This document shows, in pieces, positions 21,601 to 29,463 of a stretch of 64,000 nucleotides of DNA (positions are counted from its first letter, which is position 1; each line of letters opens with the position of its first letter). The notes beneath the pieces were generated by a model. It saw nothing but the letters and a program-made list of their open reading frames with translations. It made no database searches and was not told the DNA's origin. The translations under genes were made by a program, and so were the position numbers. Origin of the DNA: Candidatus Babeliales bacterium (lineage in GTDB: Bacteria; Babelota; Babeliae; Babelales; JANWKD01); assembly GCA_963762115.1 (NCBI GenBank), contig CAVXJH010000003.1, positions 192,001 through 256,000 on the forward strand, read 5' to 3'.

Positions 21601-21935
21601 TGCCAAGTGCAAAAAAAGAAAGTCCTGTGGTGAAACGATACGTGTATACTTTTGGCAAAAATGTGCTTGAGAAAAATCTTTCATTCTATGATCCAGGCTT
21701 GGATGGTTGGTCGGTAGATTTAAATAATGGTATTTTATATGAACCGGCAACACCAAGATTTGGTTCGTATCCTATTGGAGTTGCTTTACATCCAGATGCG
21801 CTTGCTGAATTACTTGGTTCATTGCGATTATATGTTGATCGTGATTTACAAGGTAATCCAAAAGGATTGGGTATTGCAAATTGTCGTGATGAGTTAAAAC
21901 CAGCACCAACAACGAAGTCAGCTTTAAAACGTTAG
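15675..21935 (+). CDS. Very large secreted hypothetical protein (about 2086 aa): coiled coil plus repeated beta-like motif
   Basis: GGGAG RBS; signal peptide ending NFA-MEG; long A/K/E coiled coil; repeated hhSL.xG.hY/F motif. Confidence 0.85.
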   Translation: MKFLNCSWLKIMFVGALLAVPFFGVEDNFAMEGEIIGRLVSEGLEEGVAQGIGRAAQEGFAFGAEEFAQKGLSEGVEGALNSSIKEGLQALEGDIAKFKAGTISIEELKQSAATVFGEQKGNFLKNASNALEKQGSFTQFDKALLEGKLPEGSFAKFGELKPRALAEQGNVLKVEIVKGTPDAQISESLVKEDAVDVAQNEVTAAKNAGGSSEEIAAKEGDLKTAKNDLAADQKVRANERETKVTKAKSDLDAAQKEFDEATSIKGKKEAGDKLTKANEKLNKTKIEYEESLKEKVADEKLTYKQEHDIAKEEYKNAKTAKDTADTELKQAKQELKDANNIQPKDQAKIDEAQAKVKEKTADYEQSGRNVEEAQKNLIEKENQVLEKSDIFKNKWEKTKIFGTKGKRGAWEMVKGIPASLYNKALFMVDQMWISILFGAPNMLIEGYNSAMAKKKLLETKESFQRWGYTWLKIPGFWINKEDPANSLNIYVGVPNDGFPITDTFLQTANYYVVKSDYTPWGSSSIFDNISDMVHLNTGFVFVSDGQAADLNAPTMPFIDEKKPENGLIYQLDALAGKASAGVKTQGIEYYVDDYEAGYQGNFKVANLFKTVGVPSITNFPPLLMPTVKALQDGLSFGIDKTGKALYLVQGFRGFNKSEQNNGKNIMAALRGDSTIESAPEAARDENYVIQGVYIYQTKDTPIVDLVKKQIAADDAEKQLLLDAITDYVVMLDSSNNIVPLMTPQPMVLPAGSKDSAFVHYALNPQIDKMKSLVDGSSSAYDAHGGIENNVALPADLSAPKAVADQIQAMQTFFNTKIKYGPFKYNGTILTIDKTLADANIFAYKAAGFLEGGFDDYFVALEAMKDEKTGKTVLVAASLPSNGIVYFVSLVTSRFYDKNLQPYAPPVAPNLRDYYIKDNNVATGKPDDATLPQAKAALYTLFVQGEYNPSPKPANFVGSLPVKPYWALDSSMFNLQGISPISKALTDLKQTTLLAAIKTAHENWITVLDVSDPGALSKKMGPFDFTTGAIENVRLRALNASALKLGYYIYTSGRYPDEFLVVSKNETGTDGVGEEFGDQQYLISLSNGNVYDAQANGNARTPIKNIDSLMKTLALNNAGVDSRIAHEQTTLNTLKRTTQADTKIKAADKQAKIKTIDAQIASIPTQKAALYAMVNTIEQSQVGYNRSMMNNLYSDDLTFGGRQLYLSKESYLAGQYIYADVTGLGDPLDANGKEIKAVTDQIKDYYVTYEEGPINVDTGKPDPENIIANQLNKNTTRIISLISGGEFDRGGAFVRSYQTITIADKTTSDLMDFVKKIFDIIKARMDKEGRPQTIILLGKIQPLLDVQYAAVKKELDAIAEAKKNALDQYPSESNLASNLFARKDPSDFSSKDVVPYVEQSPALLPRYLKQVTKGSKYYFVAPPASDPESDSGKKYEASRAFIDYDIDAKDHIGPNAKGMMYDRSGKPLQLLTGWMLNSMRAYAGLLIDASGKQSLGIGVEHPSLPLTVVRNGKTENVMIDTGIKIPADKGATFTAYYNTQIDNYFVQITTKLSNYFIDLTAGYGYNLDGTPRWYEAPLFTDDKGEVLLVGTDSFGLKKVAFKKQGATKYLIYNQMVSFGDLASYQTTDELGNPITKNYIATSGSVKFPEYGNAQGSYFTMLSDSFGDQGAAPVSTAGGEPTLQELRIGYAYLDQTGNQLTAPFYVVWDQVQVDNPGYDTSKDEGFQNPKYLVKTKLVGKFIQSPTMKFSLLNYVQTRNSAGSLAGTYKPEDFYNFPRGACDPTDSACIKTPKVVGILFTVESITGKQVIKELFYENQRCALTLKSKDAYSSSYQDATGKIKPITVKLESSQQKDSPLSAHWLSITDGAKILDFAHESMVWDTSPMRSDMPETTNLDYRKRRTWQLNVSNFITNAALSANFPGIHTNALATSLNAGVQGVNFESLVGCKVSDSIKAEINFGLKAISVDMAGNLYLPHVPSAKKESPVVKRYVYTFGKNVLEKNLSFYDPGLDGWSVDLNNGILYEPATPRFGSYPIGVALHPDALAELLGSLRLYVDRDLQGNPKGLGIANCRDELKPAPTTKSALKR

Positions 21936-21940
21936 AACAG

Positions 21941-21978
21941 TGTGGGGAGATGGAAATTATTATTTCTGTCTCCCCACA
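21941..21978 (+). terminator. Hairpin terminator
   Basis: TGTGGGGAGATGGAAAT / ATTTCTGTCTCCCCACA. Confidence 0.7.
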
Positions 21979-22097
21979 GAATATCATAGTTCTTTTTACC
22001 ATAAGTTCCGTTATACTAGAACGCGATAAGTTAAAATAATGTAACGTGAATTCGATGTATCAAATTAGTGATTTGCAAATGACTAAAATAACCAAAG

Positions 22098-22325
22098 TGT
22101 CATTGCGAGGAGCAATTGCGACGTGGCAACCCAGATTATAATGTTCTAATAAATAAGACTGCTTAATCTGTTGTGAAAAATTTTCAGCACAAAAATAATA
22201 AGAAAAATAAATAGAATTTTATATGCTGGATCCTCCTACGTCAAGACTTCGGAGGACAGGTCCCCACTAGACCCTTCGTAGCTTTAGCGTAGTAGGGCCA
22301 CGGCACAATGTGCCTCGGGAAGACA
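22098..22325. repeat. REP/RPE-like palindromic doublet, copy D (inverted orientation), with two nested mini-repeats
   Basis: TGTCATTGCGAGG...GTGCCTCGGGAAGACA; 30-nt insert at 22231-22260. Confidence 0.85.
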
Positions 22326-22399
22326 TTTGTGTTTATCTTAGTTGCGGTAAAATTATTTATTGGTATATCGAATTTGGTTCATCACCATAAGGACATGTC

Positions 22400-23911
22400 A
22401 TGGTAAAAATACAACTTACTGATACGCCTTTGTTAGAAACAAAGACATCAGCAACCATTTTCTTTTTAGAACAAGATTTTAATGCACAGGTGCTTGAGAA
22501 GATAGCACAAAAATATTTTCCTGATTTAACAGAATATATGCAAGAATCAGAATTTACTGGCAAAGCAACGAATCTTTTAGCCGTGCCGAGTTCGGTTAAT
22601 AAAAAAGTCCATACACTTTTTTTTGCGGGCTTAGGGAAGCAACACGATACTAAGGCAATTGATATTGAAGTATATCGACGCTCACTAGGGCGCGTTATCA
22701 AAGCATTGCAAAGTAAAAAAATTGCAAAAGCGGCGATGAGTTTACCGTCGGCAGCATTATTTGGTGTTTCAGATGACTATTTAGCACGAGAAACCATTAT
22801 TATTGCCAATATGGCAGCATATCGTTTTGATGAATTTATTACCGATCCAGAGCGCAAAGTAAATCAAAATATTGATCTTGAATGTACTATTGATGCACAT
22901 GATAAAAAAGCAGTTGAACGCGGTTTGAAAACAGGCGCAATTATTGCACACTCAGTTAATCGTGCGCGTCATTGGATTGATTTGCCACCCATTGCATTAC
23001 CACCAATTGCCTTAGCCGATAAAGCAGTTGCCATTGCAAAAGAACATAATCTTGCCATTACGGTGTTTGGTGAACAAGAAATCATAAAAATGGGCATGGG
23101 CGGCCTCGCAGCAGTTTCGGCTGGATCTGAACAAGATTGTAAGTTGGTTGTTATGAAATATACAACAGACAAAAAAGATGCTCCAACTATCGCCTTTGTT
23201 GGTAAAGGAATTACGTTTGATTCTGGCGGGTTAAGTTTAAAACCAGCAGCTTCCATGGAAACAATGAAAGAAGATATGTCCGGCGCGGCAGCAGTCATTA
23301 GCGCAATGGAATCATTGGCACAATTAAAACCGGAAGTAAATATTATTGCCTTAACACCACTTTCAGAAAATTTACCAAGTGGTAAGGCAACAAAACCGGG
23401 TGATATTATACGTTTTTATAACGGTAAAACAGCTGAAGTACGCAATACTGATGCTGAAGGTCGTTTGATTTTAGCAGATGCGCTTTCATATGCAGTCAAG
23501 CAGTATAAGCCTGATGCAATTATTGATCTTGCAACGTTAACGGGTGCTTGCGCTTATGCTTTAGGGCCTTTTTTTAGTGGTATGATGTCACAGCATGAAG
23601 ATTTTGCACAAAAAGTAGAAAAAGCATCACACACTTCTGGTGACCGCGTGTGGGCATTGCCTTTTAATAATGATTATAAAGTAGCAATCAAGTCAGACGT
23701 TGCTGATATTTGTAACATTGGTAGCGGTAAATATAAAGCTGGCGCTATCACAGCAGGATTCTTCTTACAAAATTTTGTTGAAAATACGCCGTGGGTTCAC
23801 TTAGATATTGCAGGAACAGCCTTTGATGTACCTGACATTAGTTATTATTCAACGGGTGCCACTGGTGTTGGTGTGAGATTGCTTGTTGATCTTGCGATGG
23901 CATGGCAATAA
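22400..23911 (+). CDS. pepA: Leucyl aminopeptidase (M17)
   Basis: VGKGITFDSGG, MKEDMSGAA, NTDAEGRL, ATLTGA, WVHLDIAG. Confidence 0.96.
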   Translation: MVKIQLTDTPLLETKTSATIFFLEQDFNAQVLEKIAQKYFPDLTEYMQESEFTGKATNLLAVPSSVNKKVHTLFFAGLGKQHDTKAIDIEVYRRSLGRVIKALQSKKIAKAAMSLPSAALFGVSDDYLARETIIIANMAAYRFDEFITDPERKVNQNIDLECTIDAHDKKAVERGLKTGAIIAHSVNRARHWIDLPPIALPPIALADKAVAIAKEHNLAITVFGEQEIIKMGMGGLAAVSAGSEQDCKLVVMKYTTDKKDAPTIAFVGKGITFDSGGLSLKPAASMETMKEDMSGAAAVISAMESLAQLKPEVNIIALTPLSENLPSGKATKPGDIIRFYNGKTAEVRNTDAEGRLILADALSYAVKQYKPDAIIDLATLTGACAYALGPFFSGMMSQHEDFAQKVEKASHTSGDRVWALPFNNDYKVAIKSDVADICNIGSGKYKAGAITAGFFLQNFVENTPWVHLDIAGTAFDVPDISYYSTGATGVGVRLLVDLAMAWQ

Positions 23912-23934
23912 AGAGAAATTAATTATTATTGTTA

Positions 23935-23973
23935 AGGCGCGAAAGAAAATAATTTTTCTTTCGCGCCTCTTTT
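23935..23973 (+). terminator. Intrinsic terminator
   Basis: AGGCGCGAAAGAAAA / TTTTCTTTCGCGCCT plus T-rich tail. Confidence 0.8.
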
Positions 23974-24094
23974 CTTGCATCACCTATTTCTCTTTATGTA
24001 TAGTCATATAACAAAAGGGAAAATAATCATGAATAAAAATTATATTTTTGTATTAGTTCTTTGTTTGGGTGTGTTTCTTGTGGAGGGAATCAGG

Positions 24095-24703
24095 ATGCCG
24101 ACTAAAAAAAAATCTTTAGCAACCTATACAAAAAAGCGCGATTTTACTCTTACGCCAGAACCTTCAGGAAAAAAAACAAAAAAATCAAAAGAACCAATCT
24201 TTGTGATGCAAAAGCATGATGCTTCACATTTGCATTATGATTTTCGTTTAGAAATTGATGGTGTGTTGGTTTCTTGGGCAATTCCAAAAGGTCCTTCAAC
24301 TGATCCTGAAGTAAAGCATTTAGCCGTTATGACGGAAGATCATCCTCTTGATTATGCAACGTTTGAGGGAACAATTCCTGCAGGTCAATATGGTGGAGGA
24401 ACCGTTATGGTATGGGATATTGGCACGTATGTGAATTTAAAACAAGAATATGGCATTTCGATGGAGCAAGCAGTTAAAAATGGCAAAATTGAAATTGAAT
24501 TGCACGGAAAAAAATTACAAGGTCCTTATGCACTCATTCGCACCAAACTTCATAATGACAAACGTAATTGGCTCTTTTTTAAAATGAAAGATAATGTTGT
24601 GCAAAAAAAGGTTATAAAAAATAAAGAAAAATCAGTTTTGACTAATCGCACTATGAAACAAATTGCGCAAGAAAAAACTAAAAAAAAGAGCGCCAATGAA
24701 TAA
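24095..24703 (+). CDS. LigD 3'-phosphoesterase domain, stand-alone
   Basis: KRDF..TPEP, QKHDASHLHYDFRLE, SWAIPKGP, EDHPLDY..FEG, YGGGTVMVWD; GGAGG RBS; alternative start at 24029 would add a hydrophobic leader. Confidence 0.92.
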   Translation: MPTKKKSLATYTKKRDFTLTPEPSGKKTKKSKEPIFVMQKHDASHLHYDFRLEIDGVLVSWAIPKGPSTDPEVKHLAVMTEDHPLDYATFEGTIPAGQYGGGTVMVWDIGTYVNLKQEYGISMEQAVKNGKIEIELHGKKLQGPYALIRTKLHNDKRNWLFFKMKDNVVQKKVIKNKEKSVLTNRTMKQIAQEKTKKKSANE

Positions 24704-25613
24704 AGAGAATGCCGTTATCAAGGTTGATGGTTATTCAATTCAGGTCAGCTCTATTGAAAAAATATTATTTCCTGGCGAGGGAATCACTAAAGGTGATCTT
24801 ATTAACTATTATTATTCAATTGCACCGATTATGTTACCGTATGTCAATAAGCGACCAATCTCAATGCATCGTTATCCAAATGGTATTGATCATGAGGGTT
24901 TTTATCAAAAAAATGCGAGTGATTATTTCCCGGCATGGGTTACCAGAAAATCATTGAAAACAGAGCAGGGTGAAGTGGTGAACTATGTGGTGATTGATAA
25001 AAGAGCTACATTAGTCTATTTAGCTAATCAAGGATGCATTACGCCGCATAGTTGGTTGAGCAAAATTGATAAATTAGATTATCCCGATCGTATGATTTTT
25101 GATCTTGATCCTTCAGGAGAAAAGTTTGATTTTTCTCACATTCGTGCAACAGCTTTATCAATAAAAACAGTACTTGAAGAGTTGTCGTTAATACCTTTTG
25201 TTATGACCACCGGTTCGCGAGGCTTGCACGTTGTGGTGCCATTAAAACGCACGGAAGATTTTGATGATGTGCGTTCTTTTGCACGATCTATTGCTGAATA
25301 TTTAGTAAAGAATGATCCTAAAAATCTTACGATTGAAATAAATAAAAAAAAGCGCGGCAAAAAAATTTTTGTAGATTATTTACGTAATGCTTATAGTGCT
25401 ACCGGCGTTGCGCCATACGCAATCCGTGCACGGGCGCATGCTCCCGTGGCAACGCCACTTGATTGGGATGAAATTCATGATAGTACATTACGATCAGATC
25501 GTTATACTCTTGACACTGTTTTTGATCGATTGAATAAGCATGGTGATCCGTGGCATGGTATAACACGTTCTGCCCGATCGCTTAAAGCAGCGATGAAAAA
25601 ATTTCAGTGTTGA
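24696..25613 (+). CDS. ligD: LigD primase-polymerase domain, stand-alone
   Basis: RYPNGI..FYQK, FDLDP, TTGSRGLH, FVDYLRNA, APYAIRAR. Confidence 0.93.
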   Translation: MNKENAVIKVDGYSIQVSSIEKILFPGEGITKGDLINYYYSIAPIMLPYVNKRPISMHRYPNGIDHEGFYQKNASDYFPAWVTRKSLKTEQGEVVNYVVIDKRATLVYLANQGCITPHSWLSKIDKLDYPDRMIFDLDPSGEKFDFSHIRATALSIKTVLEELSLIPFVMTTGSRGLHVVVPLKRTEDFDDVRSFARSIAEYLVKNDPKNLTIEINKKKRGKKIFVDYLRNAYSATGVAPYAIRARAHAPVATPLDWDEIHDSTLRSDRYTLDTVFDRLNKHGDPWHGITRSARSLKAAMKKFQC

Positions 25614-26713
25614 CTGTCATTATGCACAATATTCATAATTAATCCCACCATGAACATGCCACAAATGAGTGATGATTTTCCATAACTGACAAAGGGTAAT
25701 CCAATTCCTTTTGTGGGAGCCAATCCGGTGGTAACTGCAAGATTAATGATGGTTTGCAGCGAGGTGAGTATGACAAATCCTGTGCAGGTGAGCATGCCAA
25801 AATCATCTTTAAGTTGCCAGGCAATGCGCATACCGCAATATAAAAAAATCATATATAAAGTAATGAGTAATAATGAGCCAATAAAGCCGGTTTCTTCGGC
25901 AATAATGGAAAAAATAAAATCAGTATGTTGCATGGGCAAATAGAAAAATTTTTGTTTTGAATTTGAAACGCCGATGCCAAGCCAGCTGCCAGAACCAATG
26001 GCAATTAATGATTGAATAATTTGAAATCCAGCTCCTTGAGGATCATGCCAAGGATTTAAGAAGGTAATAATTCTTTTCCAGCGATACGGGCGAATATAAA
26101 TTAAGGTCATTAAAGTAGGAATGAGGGTTGCAAGGGTAATGATGATATATTTAATTTTAAATTGTACTAAGAAAAAAAGAATGCATGCTGTGGTGATCAT
26201 GGTGACCGTCATGCCAAAATCAGGTTGCTTGAGCAAGACAAGAGCTACGAGACTCATGATGCATATGAATGGTATATATTTACTTTTGAAGCTACTTTGT
26301 ATGCCATCTTTGGTAAGCCAATAAGCGAGATATATTATTAAGGTGATTTTGAGCAGTTCGCTCGGTTGGAAGGTGAGGCCAAAGAGTTTTAACCATCTGC
26401 TTGAACCATGAATGTGTTCTCCCCATCGTGGTATGAGTGTCATGCTTGTTAGGATAAGAGAACTAAAAAAAACATAGGGGCTCATTGTTTTGATGATATC
26501 AAGTGGCACCAGTCGTGCAAAAATAAGGGCACATAAACCAAGCAGAATACCCATTGATTGTTTTTTAACAAAAAAATTTGCGGCACCGAATTTTTCCAAA
26601 GCAAATACAGAACTTGATGAATAGATAAAGAGTAAGCCAATAATGATGAGGGTGACAATGACACCAATAAAAATTTTTAGATCGGTGTAAAGACGTTTTT
26701 GTTGAATAAACAT
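25604..26713 (-). CDS. ftsW: SEDS peptidoglycan polymerase FtsW
   Basis: GSSRWL, FQPSELLK, QPDFG, GFQIIQS..AIGSG, LPMQHTDFIF, GLPFVSYG. Confidence 0.93.
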   Translation of the reverse strand: MFIQQKRLYTDLKIFIGVIVTLIIIGLLFIYSSSSVFALEKFGAANFFVKKQSMGILLGLCALIFARLVPLDIIKTMSPYVFFSSLILTSMTLIPRWGEHIHGSSRWLKLFGLTFQPSELLKITLIIYLAYWLTKDGIQSSFKSKYIPFICIMSLVALVLLKQPDFGMTVTMITTACILFFLVQFKIKYIIITLATLIPTLMTLIYIRPYRWKRIITFLNPWHDPQGAGFQIIQSLIAIGSGSWLGIGVSNSKQKFFYLPMQHTDFIFSIIAEETGFIGSLLLITLYMIFLYCGMRIAWQLKDDFGMLTCTGFVILTSLQTIINLAVTTGLAPTKGIGLPFVSYGKSSLICGMFMVGLIMNIVHNDSQH

Positions 26714-26783
26714 ACGTTTTGTCTTTGCTTAAAAAATTTTAAAAATTAACTTGAGTTTGATAAATAAACATTAAAATCGCGAG

Positions 26784-26972
26784 TGTCATTGCGAGCCAAC
26801 ATTGTTGGCGTGGCAACCCAGCATATAAAATTCTTGATAATAAGAAGTCATATATAAAAAACGCAATTTTATTTAATTTGTCATAATGCGGGCAGTAGAT
26901 GCCTTTGGGGAATTTTATTTATTAGAACATTATAATCTGGGTTGCCACGGCACAATGTGCCTCGCAATGACA
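26784..26972. repeat. REP/RPE-like palindromic doublet, copy E (uninterrupted)
   Basis: TGTCATTGCGAG...GTGGCAACCCAG / CTGGGTTGCCACGGCACAATGTGCCTCGCAATGACA. Confidence 0.88.
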
Positions 26973-27024
26973 TTTGTAGAATAAATTGTTTATTTCTTTA
27001 TATATCAAATTCATGTTCAAACTA

Positions 27025-28698
27025 CTATGGTGCACTATTGCTGTCAATGAATCGTTTAAATTCTGGTAATGGTGGATAGAGACATGCTGATGGTGCATTA
27101 ACAGAAAAAAATTGTGCCAATGTTGGTGCAAGTTGTGTCATTTCTACTGATTTTTCAACAATTTTTTGTTGCGTGAAATTTTTTTGATATAACACCAGAG
27201 GTACATGCGTTGTATAATCATAGGGAGAAGAATGACCAGTTCCTAAAGCATGTTTTGTGACAAAGCAATATGGTTCCAATTGATATTGTATTTCGCCACT
27301 GCGTCCAGCAAAAAGGCTGTTTTTGAAATAATTTTTAACATCATGTTTTTGTACGGGAGATTTTTCTAATTCATGAAATGTCCAAGCATCTTTAAAGCCA
27401 GGTTGCTTTCTTAGATAATGTTTAATATCAGAAAGAATTTTTGTTTTTAGTTTAGGCTCTAACGTTACGAGTTTTTGTTTATCAAGAAAAAGTGACGGCG
27501 TATCCATGTGAGCAATAATATCAGGAATGCGATGTTTGTTCATGATAAAAGCATTAAGTTTTGTCCGTAATGCTTTTTGATCAATTCTTTGGGCTAAGTT
27601 AAATCCATCTTCTTGTAATAATTCGGGTATTGGTGCGCTACCATGATCAGCAGTTAAGGCAAAAATAATTTTTTTGTCTGAAAATGTTGTGTGAGCCCAT
27701 TGCATAAATTCTTCTAAATACGAGTCAATGTGGTAGATCGTATCAATATATTCAAAACTGTGCGGGCCATATATATGGCCAACTTTATCAAGACTGCTTA
27801 AGCAAACCCATACGAGAACTTTTGTGGGGTTGTTATTTTGTGCATCTAATAAGCATTCTTTTGAAGCATCTAATACCGCTTTATTTGACTCAGGTAATTT
27901 TGAAAAAGGCGCATAAGGATCATCGTTCATGGTGGAAAATTTATCAATACCAAGTGGTTTTCCGATCATGCTTGGTACTCTACAAAATTGATAATGATGC
28001 GTTGTAATGAAGCTATATGCTTTATCATTTTTTGGATAACGTAATTGCCATTCAAAATTGTTTTTTTCTGCTATGCCAATTTTTTTATTAAAAGAAATAA
28101 GCCATGAAGGCAGTTCAGAGTAATATGCTTTTCCTGTCGTAAAATGACCAGATTTTTCATCAAACCAAAAAGCTTTTCCCATTCTTCCGGCTGTGCAAAC
28201 AGCGGCACGTGGTTTGATTGAAATTGAGAATACAAGATGCTCAGAATTATTGTTGTTGGCAAGCACTAATTGATCTGAAATGCCATCAACTTTGATCTGT
28301 GCAGCTGATTTACCAAAATCATAGAAGCTACCATCGGGTTTGAAAACTGCTGATTGTGCAACGGGTCCAGAATCGCACGTGATTTTATTGTTGTTTATAT
28401 CAAACCATGAATTTTTAACGATTGCATTATCTTTGGGGGTAACGCCGGTATTTAAGCATGCATGCCCTGGTCCGGTGGAAGTTCCTGCATAAGGATAATG
28501 AGCATTTTCATAAATAATACCATTATCAATCATAGTGCGCATGCCACCGCGCAAATAGGGTCTAACTTTTTGGAATGCGTGATAAGCAAATTGGTCGACA
28601 ACAAAGATGATAGCAAGTTCGTTAGTAGAATAAATATTTTGATAACATATGAGAATAAAAATCGTTGATATATAATATCTGAAGCGATTTTTGTGCAT
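27025..28698 (-). CDS. Alkaline phosphatase superfamily protein (PafA-like)
   Basis: VVDQF, STGPGHA (Thr nucleophile), DKVGHIYGP, TADHG, GHSSPYDY; signal peptide. Confidence 0.88.
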   Translation of the reverse strand: MHKNRFRYYISTIFILICYQNIYSTNELAIIFVVDQFAYHAFQKVRPYLRGGMRTMIDNGIIYENAHYPYAGTSTGPGHACLNTGVTPKDNAIVKNSWFDINNNKITCDSGPVAQSAVFKPDGSFYDFGKSAAQIKVDGISDQLVLANNNNSEHLVFSISIKPRAAVCTAGRMGKAFWFDEKSGHFTTGKAYYSELPSWLISFNKKIGIAEKNNFEWQLRYPKNDKAYSFITTHHYQFCRVPSMIGKPLGIDKFSTMNDDPYAPFSKLPESNKAVLDASKECLLDAQNNNPTKVLVWVCLSSLDKVGHIYGPHSFEYIDTIYHIDSYLEEFMQWAHTTFSDKKIIFALTADHGSAPIPELLQEDGFNLAQRIDQKALRTKLNAFIMNKHRIPDIIAHMDTPSLFLDKQKLVTLEPKLKTKILSDIKHYLRKQPGFKDAWTFHELEKSPVQKHDVKNYFKNSLFAGRSGEIQYQLEPYCFVTKHALGTGHSSPYDYTTHVPLVLYQKNFTQQKIVEKSVEMTQLAPTLAQFFSVNAPSACLYPPLPEFKRFIDSNSAP

Positions 28699-28807
28699 GG
28701 AATTTTCCTTTTATTAAACTATTTTTTTATGTAGATGTAAAAGTAGTTTAATAAAAAGTGTTTTTTAAACTCAATAAAAAGATTTTTTTATTAAAAGCTT
28801 CTGATAA

Positions 28808-29305
28808 TTAATTATTATGTAAGAAATCAAGTTGCTCATTTTCGTGTTCTATTATTGTTCGATTGAGAATATTAAATAAAGCATCAGTTGTTTTTCTTTT
28901 AAATTTAGCTTTTTTAATTTTAAATTTAGCTTTTATTTCATCGATTTCATCGATCTTTTTTTGTTTATTAATGAATGTATCAACATTAAAACAAAGCAAC
29001 CCAACGATAGAACATCCAACAGGAAATAAGAATCGAGTCGCATTTTGTGTAAGAAGGGGGGTTAGTGATTTGGCTATTTGTATATCTTCAAAAGTATTTT
29101 TGGCAATAATTGTTGTTGTAATGGCAGCCGTTAGCAAACAAGATGTTCCGGCAATACGCCAGGCATTATTAACTAAACATGAGCTTGCTAATGCTATTTT
29201 TTGCTGAGTAGCCTGTAAAAATTGTTTTCCTGGAAAATCTGCTTGTGTAGTGGCATAAGAACCAAGACAAAAAATGACTAAAAAAGTAAAAAATATTTTT
29301 TTCAT
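28808..29305 (-). CDS. Secreted/membrane hypothetical protein
   Basis: Signal peptide MKKIFF..., two hydrophobic segments, Lys-rich coiled-coil tail. Confidence 0.7.
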   Translation of the reverse strand: MKKIFFTFLVIFCLGSYATTQADFPGKQFLQATQQKIALASSCLVNNAWRIAGTSCLLTAAITTTIIAKNTFEDIQIAKSLTPLLTQNATRFLFPVGCSIVGLLCFNVDTFINKQKKIDEIDEIKAKFKIKKAKFKRKTTDALFNILNRTIIEHENEQLDFLHNN

Positions 29306-29463
29306 AATAACCCATAATAACACTTCAATCAGCATTAAATACACTAATTGTATATTATTAGGTTACCATACATTAAAAAAAGGTCAATTATTGACAATTT
29401 GTGCATAGCTTTTTGATCGAATCATTAGGCGTGTTACAAATAGAAAATCAATACAGGTGATTT

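Noticed and set aside
28797..28825. Third dif-like string GCTTCTGATAA-TTAATTA-TTATGTAAGAA
   Set aside because: 7-bp spacer, overlaps a CDS end and is very AT-rich; likely chance
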